Positions 28,842 through 39,449 of a DNA stretch of 55,559 bases are shown here, piece after piece (positions within the stretch are counted from its first letter, which is position 1; each line of letters opens with the position of its first letter). Under the pieces are notes generated by a model. It was not told the origin of the DNA, made no database searches, and saw only the letters and a list, made by a program, of their open reading frames with translations. This DNA comes from a virus. Lineage: Duplodnaviria; Caudoviricetes. The position numbers and the translations under genes are program-made. The stretch spans positions 1-55,559 of the IMG/VR virus record IMGVR_UViG_3300042293_000428; one strand, given 5' to 3'.

Positions 28842-31739
28842 TTAGTTATATTTATTCAACCAGCCGCCTGATTGTGGTTTATTATAATTTGTAAAGTTAG
28901 TTAGATTATCTAGATTCTGCAAACCTTTCTGTTCTTGTCTTAATCCATTCTTAGCTAGTTTACCTTTTGGATATTCATCAACATATTTAGTACCTTTTTT
29001 AAATTTATGTTTCTCTCCTGGATACATCATTTTCTTTTCTCCTTTATCTGATATTCCTAATAAAGGTTCTGTTAGAGGTTCTCCTGTTAAAGGATCTGGA
29101 CCCATATCTATATATGATCCTGGTTCACTTTGATTAATTCTTGTTGGTTCTCCTTTATGTTCTCCCCATTGTCCTCTATCATCTTTAATGATTCCACCTT
29201 TTTTAAATTTAGGATAGTTTTCTAAATCTTTTAATGCTTCTTCATATCTTGAAAAATTTTTATAATTTAATAATTCTTCTGGAGTTAATGTAGAATTTAA
29301 ATGATTTAATTGTTTATTAATATCAAATTTTATTGTGTTAACATGGTCTGTAGAAGTATAAGGTAAATTACCATGTGACATAAAAGGTTTTCCAAAAACT
29401 TTACTTATAGGAACATTAATACCTTTTGGAGACATTACTCCAGTAGGAGTTTTTTCCCAAAAAAGTTTTTCTAACATAGGACTTCTACCAACTTTAGATG
29501 GCACAAGTGATTTAAGCATAACAGTAGGTTCTAGATCCCATATATCATTATATTGAGTTCCTTCTTTTGTTAAAACTCTGTTGTATCCCCCCATTATATT
29601 TGTATCTCTAGCTATACTAATAGGGTTTTCAAGAAATTTTAAATGTTGATCATTATAAGTAACAAAATCAGGAGGATCTGGAGGAATATATGTAGTTCCT
29701 TCTTTATTAATATTATAAATATCCATTCCTTTTAAAGAACCTGATTTATATGAAGGATGTAATACTGGTGCAGTATCTGCTAAACTAAAAGTATTATTTA
29801 CTTGAGGTTTGCCTAAATATAATTTCCAAGCATCTAATCTGGGTGACAGCTCATTTTCAACAGAATAGCCCCCATTTTTTATATTATTAATTATTTCTGA
29901 AAATTTAGTACCAAAATCACTAGATTGATATCCTCTAGGAGTAATATATTTTTCAGCAAACTCTGATATTCCAGGAGTGTAAGCTTTTCTTTGATTAGAA
30001 GTTATACCAACTTTCTCCATTTGCTTTTTAGCTATCTCATAATCACTTAGTCCTTGAAGCTGTCCTTCTTTTTTTATTTTACTTAGATTTCTATTTATAT
30101 TTACTTCTTGTGATACTTTTCCTATCAGTCCTTCTTCAGGACCTAATACTTTTCCTAATGTTTTTGCAGCAGGTATACCAATAGGTAAAGCCATAAGAGC
30201 ATCTATTGCAGCTCCTTTATAATTACCTTCATATAAATCAGGACCTAGTTTTGTTGCACCCTGTAATGCACCTATTGCAACTCCTTCAGGAGTGAAATAT
30301 CCTGGAGACATTAATGGAGACTTGTAAGCTTCTTCCATACTTTCTTGTACCCAATCTTTGCGTGCTTGTAATTCTGAAGCTTCTTGTGCTTGTTTATTTT
30401 CTTCTATAGCTCGTTGCTCTTTTTCTTTAGCTGTAGCTACTTTACCTATTTTAGGTGTAACAGTTCTTGTATTATCTTTTTTTGTAATAGTAGTTTCTTT
30501 ACCTTTTCCTTTACGTGTTTGAATCTTACGATTCATTGTATCATTAATAAGATCTCTAACTGAAGGAAGATTTATTCCTTCTTGTGCTATATCATATTGA
30601 TCTAACCATGCACCATCTCTACTAATAGTCTTTGGTTGCCAATCTAATCCTTCTCTATAGTATTGCATCTCTTGACCATTCTGTGCACTAGCCATTGTTT
30701 TCTTTGCATACTTTCCTTCACTAGGAATATTTCCTGTACGTGCGTATGAGAAACCTGTAGCTCCTGGAATATTTCCTCCCATTTGTAGATTTTTATTACC
30801 ACGTTTTAATTGATCTTCAATAAGTTTATATTCTTCTTCTTCTTCTTCTTTCGATTTTGGCCAAGAAGTATAATTTTCAATTTGATCTATTAATGATGGT
30901 TGTATTTTATTATGTGTATAATTTTCAACAGTGTTTGGATTATTGTAAACATTTTTTTCAATATTATCTTCAATGTCTCCTGAAGAAAGATAAGATTTTA
31001 TATATCCTGGAACATCATTTGTTAAAAATCTAGGAATAACTTCTGATAAAGGTTGACTGGCATGAGACACTTCGGTTAAATAATCATCTGCGTTATCATA
31101 AGAATTTTCTAAACCTTTAGGTATATTTACTTCATTAGTAAAAGGGTTATAATTTCTTCTAGCGTGAAATGGTAATCCTTTATCTGTTCCTACGTTTACA
31201 GAAGGATTACCTCGTTTATTTTGTACTTTAAGCAATGCTGTAAAATATTCTGGACCTAACTCTTTTTTAATCTTATTAAAAAAATCAACAGTTTCTTTTG
31301 TTGGTAAAGATTTTTCTATTTTGTTTGCTTCTGCTCTAGGATTTTTTATATTACCTGTTCTTGTTCTTTCTGTTTCATCTTTTATAATATTCTTTAATTC
31401 TTGTTTATTAAAAGGTTTTTTATAAACACTTGTTGATTCTGATACTATTTCTGTACCAGGTTGAGCTTTAGGAACATAGTTAACTGGATAGACTGAACCA
31501 CCCATTTGAAACTGTCCTCCCCATGTAGGAGAACTATTTCTTCCTACATTGCTGTATCCATCTCCTTGAAATCCTTCAGGAGCAGATACTTCATAATCAT
31601 TATAATTATCTAGCCAACCACCATTTTGCATGTTGTTGCTATTATCTCTACCACACTCATGACATACGTACATATCTTTCTTACTAGAATCAGATTTGTT
31701 CCATGACCATCCACATGTGCATTTTACTTTACTAGCCAT
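28842..31739 (-). CDS. Modular putative cargo protein (Zn-ribbon, zincin-like and unknown domains separated by xxxG(G) motifs)
   Basis: CxC...CHEC N-terminus; YNP....V...TEVSH; about 10 QxGG/AQxG/KxG motifs. Confidence 0.6.
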   Translation of the reverse strand: MASKVKCTCGWSWNKSDSSKKDMYVCHECGRDNSNNMQNGGWLDNYNDYEVSAPEGFQGDGYSNVGRNSSPTWGGQFQMGGSVYPVNYVPKAQPGTEIVSESTSVYKKPFNKQELKNIIKDETERTRTGNIKNPRAEANKIEKSLPTKETVDFFNKIKKELGPEYFTALLKVQNKRGNPSVNVGTDKGLPFHARRNYNPFTNEVNIPKGLENSYDNADDYLTEVSHASQPLSEVIPRFLTNDVPGYIKSYLSSGDIEDNIEKNVYNNPNTVENYTHNKIQPSLIDQIENYTSWPKSKEEEEEEYKLIEDQLKRGNKNLQMGGNIPGATGFSYARTGNIPSEGKYAKKTMASAQNGQEMQYYREGLDWQPKTISRDGAWLDQYDIAQEGINLPSVRDLINDTMNRKIQTRKGKGKETTITKKDNTRTVTPKIGKVATAKEKEQRAIEENKQAQEASELQARKDWVQESMEEAYKSPLMSPGYFTPEGVAIGALQGATKLGPDLYEGNYKGAAIDALMALPIGIPAAKTLGKVLGPEEGLIGKVSQEVNINRNLSKIKKEGQLQGLSDYEIAKKQMEKVGITSNQRKAYTPGISEFAEKYITPRGYQSSDFGTKFSEIINNIKNGGYSVENELSPRLDAWKLYLGKPQVNNTFSLADTAPVLHPSYKSGSLKGMDIYNINKEGTTYIPPDPPDFVTYNDQHLKFLENPISIARDTNIMGGYNRVLTKEGTQYNDIWDLEPTVMLKSLVPSKVGRSPMLEKLFWEKTPTGVMSPKGINVPISKVFGKPFMSHGNLPYTSTDHVNTIKFDINKQLNHLNSTLTPEELLNYKNFSRYEEALKDLENYPKFKKGGIIKDDRGQWGEHKGEPTRINQSEPGSYIDMGPDPLTGEPLTEPLLGISDKGEKKMMYPGEKHKFKKGTKYVDEYPKGKLAKNGLRQEQKGLQNLDNLTNFTNYNKPQSGGWLNKYN

Positions 31740-32605
31740 TACTTATAAGATATTTGTGCAGGGGTTAATATGAATTGACTCACTAGATGAACGTTTGAGT
31801 GATTATCGAGTATATGTCTCACTTTTAATTCTTTTGCTCTTAGAGTGGCTTTTTTGAAACTACGTGTATCATAATTCATGTTCTCTTGATTTATAACTTT
31901 ATCAATAGAAAGACTCTCACATCCTGTATTAAATAATGGAACTTGAGAAGATTTTTGAAGAGCCCAGAATGTATTATACTGATAGAAGTTATCACTCTTA
32001 GTATATAGAATTGTTTTGCTATCTGTATTGAACATTGGATACTTCATATACTCATGCATATTGTTTAGAGGTTTAGCAACAAGGTTTAATACTCCTGAAC
32101 TCTGTTGTCCATTGTATAGAATAGCTTTGTTAAACCATTTGTCATTTGTTTCTATTCTTGTATTGTAATTAAAGACACCATCTTGTATAGGAAGATATTC
32201 ATATGCTTTTGTATAATCTACTACATTTTGTAAAATTTCATCTTGAAATTGATATGCGAATGGATATTCAATTATATAAGAATGTATATTCCCATAATAA
32301 GAATTATATAACTGTATATTAGTTAAATGTTTCCATATACATCCAGTTATAGTTTGTGTTAACTTAATATTTGCATATTCTTCTTCAGTTATATCATTTA
32401 AAGATATTGTTTTTTCTGATTTACAGTCTCCTACAGATTTGATTGTAATCATAGATACGTTATCATTTACAATATAACTTATTCCTTTTGTTAAAACTTT
32501 TTTAGTTACACCCTCTGCTATTACATTCCCAAACTGATCAAAGATTGAGAATGGTCCAGCAGTAGAATTTACTTTTGTTAATTTTATTGTTATTACTTTT
32601 GACAT
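31739..32605 (-). CDS. Probable C-terminal part of the muzzle/tail-stabilisation protein, preceded by a ~70-aa adaptor domain
   Basis: ATG at 32605 overlaps the upstream stop (TAATG); IWKH...YNSYYG...FNKAILYN..QSSG; N-terminus similar to that of 42077..42859. Confidence 0.6.
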   Translation of the reverse strand: MSKVITIKLTKVNSTAGPFSIFDQFGNVIAEGVTKKVLTKGISYIVNDNVSMITIKSVGDCKSEKTISLNDITEEEYANIKLTQTITGCIWKHLTNIQLYNSYYGNIHSYIIEYPFAYQFQDEILQNVVDYTKAYEYLPIQDGVFNYNTRIETNDKWFNKAILYNGQQSSGVLNLVAKPLNNMHEYMKYPMFNTDSKTILYTKSDNFYQYNTFWALQKSSQVPLFNTGCESLSIDKVINQENMNYDTRSFKKATLRAKELKVRHILDNHSNVHLVSQFILTPAQISYK

Positions 32606-35600
32606 TAGCACAAACCATTAAAAGTTATTGTTACATCCCCTGAATATCCAGATATACTTATTGCACAGAATGTTACCACTGAAAGACCTCCTCCAGGATT
32701 ACCTACTTGTATAATTGCAGGAGTACCTGTACAATCTATAATATTAATATCAATTGTTCCTGTAGTTGCTTTACTTGCTGTATATGTATTACATGCTCCT
32801 GATATTGTTGTTGTTGTTGTAGTTGTTGTAACACAAGGTATTATTTCAGTTAATACTCCTGACACAACATGATAAACATCTGTAGTAGTATATGCACTCT
32901 CTTCTGTAAAATACCAACCATCTGCTATTACTGAACAATCTGTTGTACCATTATTAACATATATAGTTTGACCAACTGTCAAACTTATAGCATTTACATT
33001 AATTAATGTATAATCATAACCTACATTTGTTGTAACATAAGCAATTGCTGCACATGCATCAACTTGACTTCCTGTAGATACTACTGTTGATGGTGGTGCT
33101 ATTATATTATATCCTGTAATAAATTGATAGTTATTCATAGTTGTTGGTCTTTGACATGGTGGAGGTATTGTTATTATCCCTGTTCCTTCTAATACACAAT
33201 CTGTTAATATAACTTCACCATTCAATGTACAATCTAAAGGAATAGCAGTTGTAGTGGTTGTTGTTGTAGAACTAGTTAAAGAAGTAGTAGTAGTTGTTGT
33301 TGATGGATTAGGAATTAATTCTCCTGCAATAAAATCAAAATCACCACAACATCCATTAATACCAGAATAAAAGAAATTATTTTCTGCTATGTACCAATTA
33401 GGAATATAACTATGAAAACTTATCCAGCTTTTAGTATTTACATTATATGAAAGCGTCCAAGATTTGTTGCAAAAATAATCAGAATCTTTTAAATCAACAA
33501 CTGTTGTCAATACTAAATCATCAACAATTTCTTCAATGTAAAATTCTTTTGTTGTAGAATTATACTTAATATCAGTAATTAGAGGAATATAATCTAATTT
33601 AGTAATTATTACTCTATCAAATTTACTATCATATACAGCATGCAAACCAACACCATTAAAATGATTATCTATGTCTACATTTGGAAAATGTCTTAATATC
33701 TCAAATGCCAAGTGGTCTGTAAAAAATCTATTCATACCTGAACCAAATGCAGATAAGTCTTCTACTTGTGTCCCTTGTATAATAAATACTTGTCCTCTTT
33801 TAGCATCAATTGTTATTTGTCCTTGAGGAATTTTTAATAACATTTTATTTTGACTTCCTACATACCCAAGATCTGTTTCAGCAAAATCAATTGGAGGAGC
33901 ACTAAACATATTAGGGTTACCAACATATGCTGCTTGTGGATTACTTGTATCAATTGTTAAGAGATTGTTATACATTAATGTCTTGTTCTCAAATCTAGCT
34001 AATATAGCTCTGTTTTGAATACCATCTAATGATGTAAGTGCTCCATAGTTTTGAGGAAAATCAAAATAAGAAACTGCTCTATATGTTAACCAACTATTAA
34101 CTCTATTGTCTGCATCTGTATTTTGACTATCAGAATATATTGCTCTAAATGGATAATTTGTATAACAAGCTCTTCCATCCCAATCAGGAGGAAGATGCGT
34201 AAATGTATTTTCTTTATTTTGTTTAGAGAATGTTACATTATATGTATATGTATTATCATTAGCAATACTTACAAAATCTTCTTGCAACCAATCATCAGGA
34301 ATACTTGTGCTTACATGTGGCCAGAAATCACCTTCTCTATTATTAAAAGCTTGACGAAGATCTGTATTATAACTAGACTCACAATAAAAGTTAGGAATAC
34401 CATATGCAAACAAATAGAAATATCCATCATAGAATGTTCTATTAGGATTACTTGAAGCTGCAACTGGAGGTGTTGAGGTTGGTCCAGGCTCTTGACTATT
34501 AGGACAATCAAAATTGTGAGCTTTATAAGATATTATATTTGAAAGTATTCCTGAGTTATTTTTAGAATAGTCAGCTAGTACAGATCTAGCTGAATGCCAA
34601 TATTTTGGATAAGCTATATTACCAATTTCATCATAAAATATATCTGAATCATCAGGAGCATTCACTCTATTATCTATAAAGAATGGGAGTTTAGTTTTAA
34701 ATGCAAAACGAGAAATGAATGTATCTCCTCCAAATATTGTAGCACTTCCTGTACTATTAACAGTTCTTTGAAATCCTGTATCAATTGTTTCATAAGAATA
34801 AATTTGTCCCCATTGGTTAACAAATGTATTTTTTAATGAAGCATAATAAGATAATACTTGAATACCTTGTTCTCTTGCAGGAGTTGAACATGCACGACTT
34901 CCACCAATAGTTATTCTAGATTTATCCGTTATTCCTAATGCAGGGACATTAATACTATTATTAGGAAAAGGAAGTGGAGATAGATATTCTTCAGAATTGT
35001 TTAATTCTTTTGTTTTTATAAATACAGAAGTTTCTCTTTGATAATTATTTATAGGAATGTTATCATCTCCTATTGCTTGAACACCAGGTATTAAATATTT
35101 TGCTAAATCAATATTTCTTTGTTTAATTCCTAAACCATTAGGAATAGATACATTATAATCATAACTAGCAATTGAATTATATGAATATGCATAGTTCTTT
35201 CTAGTTATACCATTTATATATATTTGTAAATATGCTTGATATGCTGTAAACATGGAGGTAGCATTAAACGGAACAGTTCTATTACCTAAATCACTAGAAG
35301 CATCCAATGCATCCTGCTGTGCTTCTTTTGTAAGAAGTCTATATTTAGCATTACTTTTAACTGCTACAAAATGTGCTTTACCAGCACCAAACATTACATT
35401 TTCTAATTTAAGAACATCTCCAAGAAATGGTTGTCCAAATGATGTTTCAGGTGAATTAAATATTTGTCTATATGCAAGATTTGGATCACTTGTAATTGCA
35501 GGTTGCGGACTTTCGCTTTTACATTTTGTACTTACAACTTCTTCTATTGGACCAGTGATACGTTGCCCTGCTTTATCACAGTTGCTTATACAAACTGGTT

Positions 35601-37776
35601 CAGTTCCTTTAATAACTTTTACATCTTTATTTGTATTACCCCCTAAAGCACCATACCACCAATCATTTTTTGTTTCACCAGTCCAATCCTTCCACTCAAC
35701 TCTAAAGCCTATTCCAGGTTCAATTATAGATGGATTAATAACTCTTACATTCCATACATCATATGTATCTATTGTAATAGTTCCTTTAGCAGTTCCTTCT
35801 AATACAGGAAAACCAATTGAACACAATGAATATACTTTTACTTCAGTGTATTCTTGTGTTGCACTTTTATTTGTATTACAATCAATATATCTAACTGTAG
35901 CTTTTCCATCAGCTAATTCTGTAATTGTTACAGTGTATGAGTCACATTCCTTAGACCATGCATTATTAATTTCATTTAAAAATGGATCTTCACCTAAATC
36001 ATTATATGGATAATTAGGAAAATAAAAATCTTGATTTTCTCTTGAATATTTATTTACATTTCTAAGTATTCCTTTAGCTATAATAGATTTATTTGTTCCT
36101 CTATCTCCTCTTAATATTTTAAAACCAACAATAGCTGATTTTTCTTCTTGTGTTAAATTAGAAGACTCAATTAAGGATTTAATTTGTTCAACGTTTATCT
36201 TTACTCCAATAGGAAATACAGCATCATTACCCATCACCATTGATCCAGGACTAGAGAATAGTTTTGATTCAAACATTGGACTAACAAGGACATCTGGAAA
36301 TTTATGATGTCTTATTTTTTGTCCAGCAAGATCTCCCCACACATTTGTATTACATGGATATTCTTCTGTAGATTCCCAATATGCAAATTCTCCATATTTA
36401 TATGGAACAGCATTACCTATATTATTTCCTACAGCATCTCCTATTACAGAAGCTGTATTATATATTTTCCAATAAGGAGCACTTGTACCATCTCCTATAA
36501 AATCTTCATTATCATCTGTTACATCAGGGTATAATGTTTCACTTGGAGATAGTGCTCTACCAGGAATATGAAATCCATCCGTTTGTTTACCATTATCTAA
36601 AAGAAATGCAATTTCAAATGCATATACCTCATCACGTAAATAGCCTCGTAAGTTTGTAGCATTTAATTCATCTGAATAATTTTCATTAGCAGGAAGTTTA
36701 TATGTTTCCCATTTAAGAGTTATTTGTGAAGCTATTGACTGATAATTAATTCTATCAATAGAAATAAGTCCATCCCATATAAGAACATCTTGTGCAGTAG
36801 TTAAATCTTCTGCAATATCATAATATGGAAACTTTTCAAATATATCATTAATAGATAAACGTATAGAAGAAACATCTTGTCCTGTATAGGTTATTTGTCT
36901 TGCAACATTATCAATAAAATATGTTCCTACTAATTCTACTGAACTAATTGCATTTATTGTTTTAATTACTGCAAGATTGAAATATTGAAATCCTCCTGTG
37001 ACATCAAGATTATCAACGTTTACAATAATTGATTTACCTACATTATAATTATAATTAACTGTTGTTATATTTATATCTGCAATAGGTGTAGGGTTTGTAA
37101 CAGAATAATATGATGTATAAGGATTACCAGTCGCATCTGAATATTGAATAGCAAATTGATATGTTCCTGCAAGTAATGCTCCTCCTGTAGTAATATCTAC
37201 TATAGAAAGATCTGGAATATTAAAATTAGGTTGTATTTTTAATTGATTACAATCTAATTCTTTAGTATATGTAGGCTCACATAAATCTGAAGTAGGAGTT
37301 AATAAGAAAGGAATATTATTAATATCTAAATATCTTCTTTGATTAAAGCCATCTGTCCAATAAATCTCTGTTGTACAGTTTGTAATTTTATGTACAGCTT
37401 TATGTATAGGATGATCAATATTAAAATTAAGACATGGAGCATTAACTAATGTGCGATACACACAATCGTTATTATCCATATAACCTATTTCAGAATCTCC
37501 AGTTAATGGGTTAGTGATAAAAAATATATGTTTACTTTGTTCATTAATAAAATGTGTTCCTATTAATACATAACTTTCTGGAAAAGTTAAACAAAGTTCA
37601 TTCCCTTGTTCATTTTGATAATTAACAGAACTAGAATCAAAATTTTCTAAAGCAGCGTTCAACGCATATGTAAGAGTGCCTGGTTTAATCTGGTTCAAAG
37701 TTTGATCCATATTTAAACCAATGTTTGCACTATTATATGCTACTTTAATATTTCCTTGTTGTTGTTCTTCAGCCAT
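32605..37776 (-). CDS. Muzzle / tail stabilisation protein (P22 gp10-like) with Cys/Thr-rich insertions
   Basis: GLNMD...YALNA...NEQGN start, IYWTDG, IRHHKFPD, FGGDTFI, WTLSY...WISFHSY motifs; follows the ring/tail tubular gene. Confidence 0.8.
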   Translation of the reverse strand: MAEEQQQGNIKVAYNSANIGLNMDQTLNQIKPGTLTYALNAALENFDSSSVNYQNEQGNELCLTFPESYVLIGTHFINEQSKHIFFITNPLTGDSEIGYMDNNDCVYRTLVNAPCLNFNIDHPIHKAVHKITNCTTEIYWTDGFNQRRYLDINNIPFLLTPTSDLCEPTYTKELDCNQLKIQPNFNIPDLSIVDITTGGALLAGTYQFAIQYSDATGNPYTSYYSVTNPTPIADINITTVNYNYNVGKSIIVNVDNLDVTGGFQYFNLAVIKTINAISSVELVGTYFIDNVARQITYTGQDVSSIRLSINDIFEKFPYYDIAEDLTTAQDVLIWDGLISIDRINYQSIASQITLKWETYKLPANENYSDELNATNLRGYLRDEVYAFEIAFLLDNGKQTDGFHIPGRALSPSETLYPDVTDDNEDFIGDGTSAPYWKIYNTASVIGDAVGNNIGNAVPYKYGEFAYWESTEEYPCNTNVWGDLAGQKIRHHKFPDVLVSPMFESKLFSSPGSMVMGNDAVFPIGVKINVEQIKSLIESSNLTQEEKSAIVGFKILRGDRGTNKSIIAKGILRNVNKYSRENQDFYFPNYPYNDLGEDPFLNEINNAWSKECDSYTVTITELADGKATVRYIDCNTNKSATQEYTEVKVYSLCSIGFPVLEGTAKGTITIDTYDVWNVRVINPSIIEPGIGFRVEWKDWTGETKNDWWYGALGGNTNKDVKVIKGTEPVCISNCDKAGQRITGPIEEVVSTKCKSESPQPAITSDPNLAYRQIFNSPETSFGQPFLGDVLKLENVMFGAGKAHFVAVKSNAKYRLLTKEAQQDALDASSDLGNRTVPFNATSMFTAYQAYLQIYINGITRKNYAYSYNSIASYDYNVSIPNGLGIKQRNIDLAKYLIPGVQAIGDDNIPINNYQRETSVFIKTKELNNSEEYLSPLPFPNNSINVPALGITDKSRITIGGSRACSTPAREQGIQVLSYYASLKNTFVNQWGQIYSYETIDTGFQRTVNSTGSATIFGGDTFISRFAFKTKLPFFIDNRVNAPDDSDIFYDEIGNIAYPKYWHSARSVLADYSKNNSGILSNIISYKAHNFDCPNSQEPGPTSTPPVAASSNPNRTFYDGYFYLFAYGIPNFYCESSYNTDLRQAFNNREGDFWPHVSTSIPDDWLQEDFVSIANDNTYTYNVTFSKQNKENTFTHLPPDWDGRACYTNYPFRAIYSDSQNTDADNRVNSWLTYRAVSYFDFPQNYGALTSLDGIQNRAILARFENKTLMYNNLLTIDTSNPQAAYVGNPNMFSAPPIDFAETDLGYVGSQNKMLLKIPQGQITIDAKRGQVFIIQGTQVEDLSAFGSGMNRFFTDHLAFEILRHFPNVDIDNHFNGVGLHAVYDSKFDRVIITKLDYIPLITDIKYNSTTKEFYIEEIVDDLVLTTVVDLKDSDYFCNKSWTLSYNVNTKSWISFHSYIPNWYIAENNFFYSGINGCCGDFDFIAGELIPNPSTTTTTTSLTSSTTTTTTTAIPLDCTLNGEVILTDCVLEGTGIITIPPPCQRPTTMNNYQFITGYNIIAPPSTVVSTGSQVDACAAIAYVTTNVGYDYTLINVNAISLTVGQTIYVNNGTTDCSVIADGWYFTEESAYTTTDVYHVVSGVLTEIIPCVTTTTTTTTISGACNTYTASKATTGTIDINIIDCTGTPAIIQVGNPGGGLSVVTFCAISISGYSGDVTITFNGLC

Positions 37777-37781
37777 AATTA

Positions 37782-38756
37782 TTAATTGTTACGCCTTCTT
37801 CCATAGCTATTAGTTCTATTTGGAAGTTCATACATATTAAATCTATTAAGATCATTTTTAATTCTCCTTTGTTTTTCCCAAGGAGTTTGTTTCTTAATTT
37901 CAATACTAGCCATTATGAATGATTCTTCATATGCTTGTTTATGATAAAGAAGTTTTTGTTGTAACTGATTAAATGTTTCATCATTAGTTTGATTAGTAAG
38001 CATTTCAAATACTTTAAACTTAATGAATGCTTCTACATACTCTCTAATACGATAGTTATCAGGAATCAATTGATTTCCTATTTCATCATACTCTGTAGCA
38101 TAAAATATTAAATGTACAACCCCTTGTCTAAAATTAGTTACAAACTTATTATCTCGTATATCAAATGAATCAATACTTGCAGATCCAGGAGTAAAGTTAT
38201 TTACAGGAATAGGTTGTGCATTAAAATCCCAGTTACTTGTATACTCAACACCACATTGTTGTTTTGCTGATATACTTCCAGGTTTAAGTAAATATGTATG
38301 AGTGAATGCTCTAGATACACTATTGTTTGTTTTATATACAGCTTGTACTAATGTTGGCATACATGTACCATCACATTGTGGAACTTGACAAACAGGGTTA
38401 TTACAAGGAGTACCTCCAATAGTTAGTGGTGCTATTTGTATAGTTGTTGAACTAGCTGCTTGTGAATAAAATGAATTAGCTGATTGATAAGGATAGGCTG
38501 CTACTTCTGTAGTCATCCAAGCTTCTCTAACAGCATAAAAGTTATCAGGAAGTCTAGCTTGGAAGTCTTCAACAAACAAAACTTCTTCACTTATTACATA
38601 AGTTGTTCTTCCTAACTTCTTTAAAGCTTTGTCTAAATAAGTAGGGAATAATAAATTATCTACAGCCCCCGTATCCATATATGACTTAAGTTCCTCTGAT
38701 ACAATTGCATAAATTGGTTCAGGAGAAACAAAATTATATTTATAATAATAACTCAT
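37782..38756 (-). CDS. Tail tubular / ring protein (P22 gp4-like)
   Basis: 324 aa; LP.NF, TNF..G.V.L.F.A...DE.G..LIPD motif; lies between the IHF-like and muzzle genes. Confidence 0.7.
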   Translation of the reverse strand: MSYYYKYNFVSPEPIYAIVSEELKSYMDTGAVDNLLFPTYLDKALKKLGRTTYVISEEVLFVEDFQARLPDNFYAVREAWMTTEVAAYPYQSANSFYSQAASSTTIQIAPLTIGGTPCNNPVCQVPQCDGTCMPTLVQAVYKTNNSVSRAFTHTYLLKPGSISAKQQCGVEYTSNWDFNAQPIPVNNFTPGSASIDSFDIRDNKFVTNFRQGVVHLIFYATEYDEIGNQLIPDNYRIREYVEAFIKFKVFEMLTNQTNDETFNQLQQKLLYHKQAYEESFIMASIEIKKQTPWEKQRRIKNDLNRFNMYELPNRTNSYGRRRNN

Positions 38757-39394
38757 AATTTTTTTGTGTATTTATAGGGTTTTGTTAAAGCTTTTTCTAA
38801 TTCCATTCCTTTATTTAATCTGGATTTTAATGTTTGTTGATTGAGGTTAAACTTTTTAGCTAGATCAGTTAATATATATTTTTTATTTTTATATATTAAA
38901 TATACAGAATTTCTTTTATTTCTATCTTGAACATCTTTACTAGCCCATCTACAATTAGAAGGTTCATAGTTTCCATTTACATCTATTCTATCTATTGAAT
39001 AAGTAGAATCAGGTTTATTTCCCATATCTATATGGAATTTTTTAAAATCTAACCACTCCTCACAAACTTTTATTCCTCTTCCTCCATAATTATGATAAAA
39101 AATATTATTAGAATTTAAACATCTTGATTTCATTGCTTCCCAAGAAGCATACTCAGAAGACTTACTCATATTATGAGTTGTTATTCTTTTAAGTAATCCA
39201 TCTCTTCTAGTACAACCACATGAAATAGTTCTACCATTTCTTACTGACGAAAGTCTAGTAATAAATCTTCTTGTACAAAAACATTCCATTACTACCATTC
39301 TATATTTTTGAAAACCTGTAACTTCTTTTTGGTGAAAATCTTCTTTTATAAAAGTTAGTTTTCCTATTTTATCACCTTTTTCATATTGTATCAT
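38753..39394 (-). mobile_element. Free-standing HNH-type homing endonuclease
   Basis: CFC...SCGC Zn motif, YGGRGIKVCEEW, SIDRIDVNGNYEPSNCRWA, C-terminal HTH; has its own promoter; stop overlaps the next ATG. Confidence 0.88.
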
Positions 39395-39417
39395 ATTAAT
39401 TAATTTTAAATTATATA

Positions 39418-39449
39418 CAAATATAAATCATTTATAAGACAATACCAAA
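39418..39449 (-). promoter_or_regulatory. Promoter TTTG-N20-TATATTTG for the HNH gene and downstream tail genes
   Basis: Exact Bacteroidota -33/-7 consensus, about 24 nt upstream of the ATG at 39394. Confidence 0.75.

Noticed and set aside
35252-36013. 253-aa plus-strand ORF, and the other plus-strand ORFs in the track (e.g. 54773..55282, 131..421)
   Set aside because: They lie antisense to well-supported genes, show no recognisable motifs, and are explained as codon-bias shadows.
4069-37776. Stop-codon reassignment in the late genes
   Set aside because: Very long ORFs are intact under the standard code and genes abut tightly; the muzzle split uses TAA with a coupled ATG in another frame.
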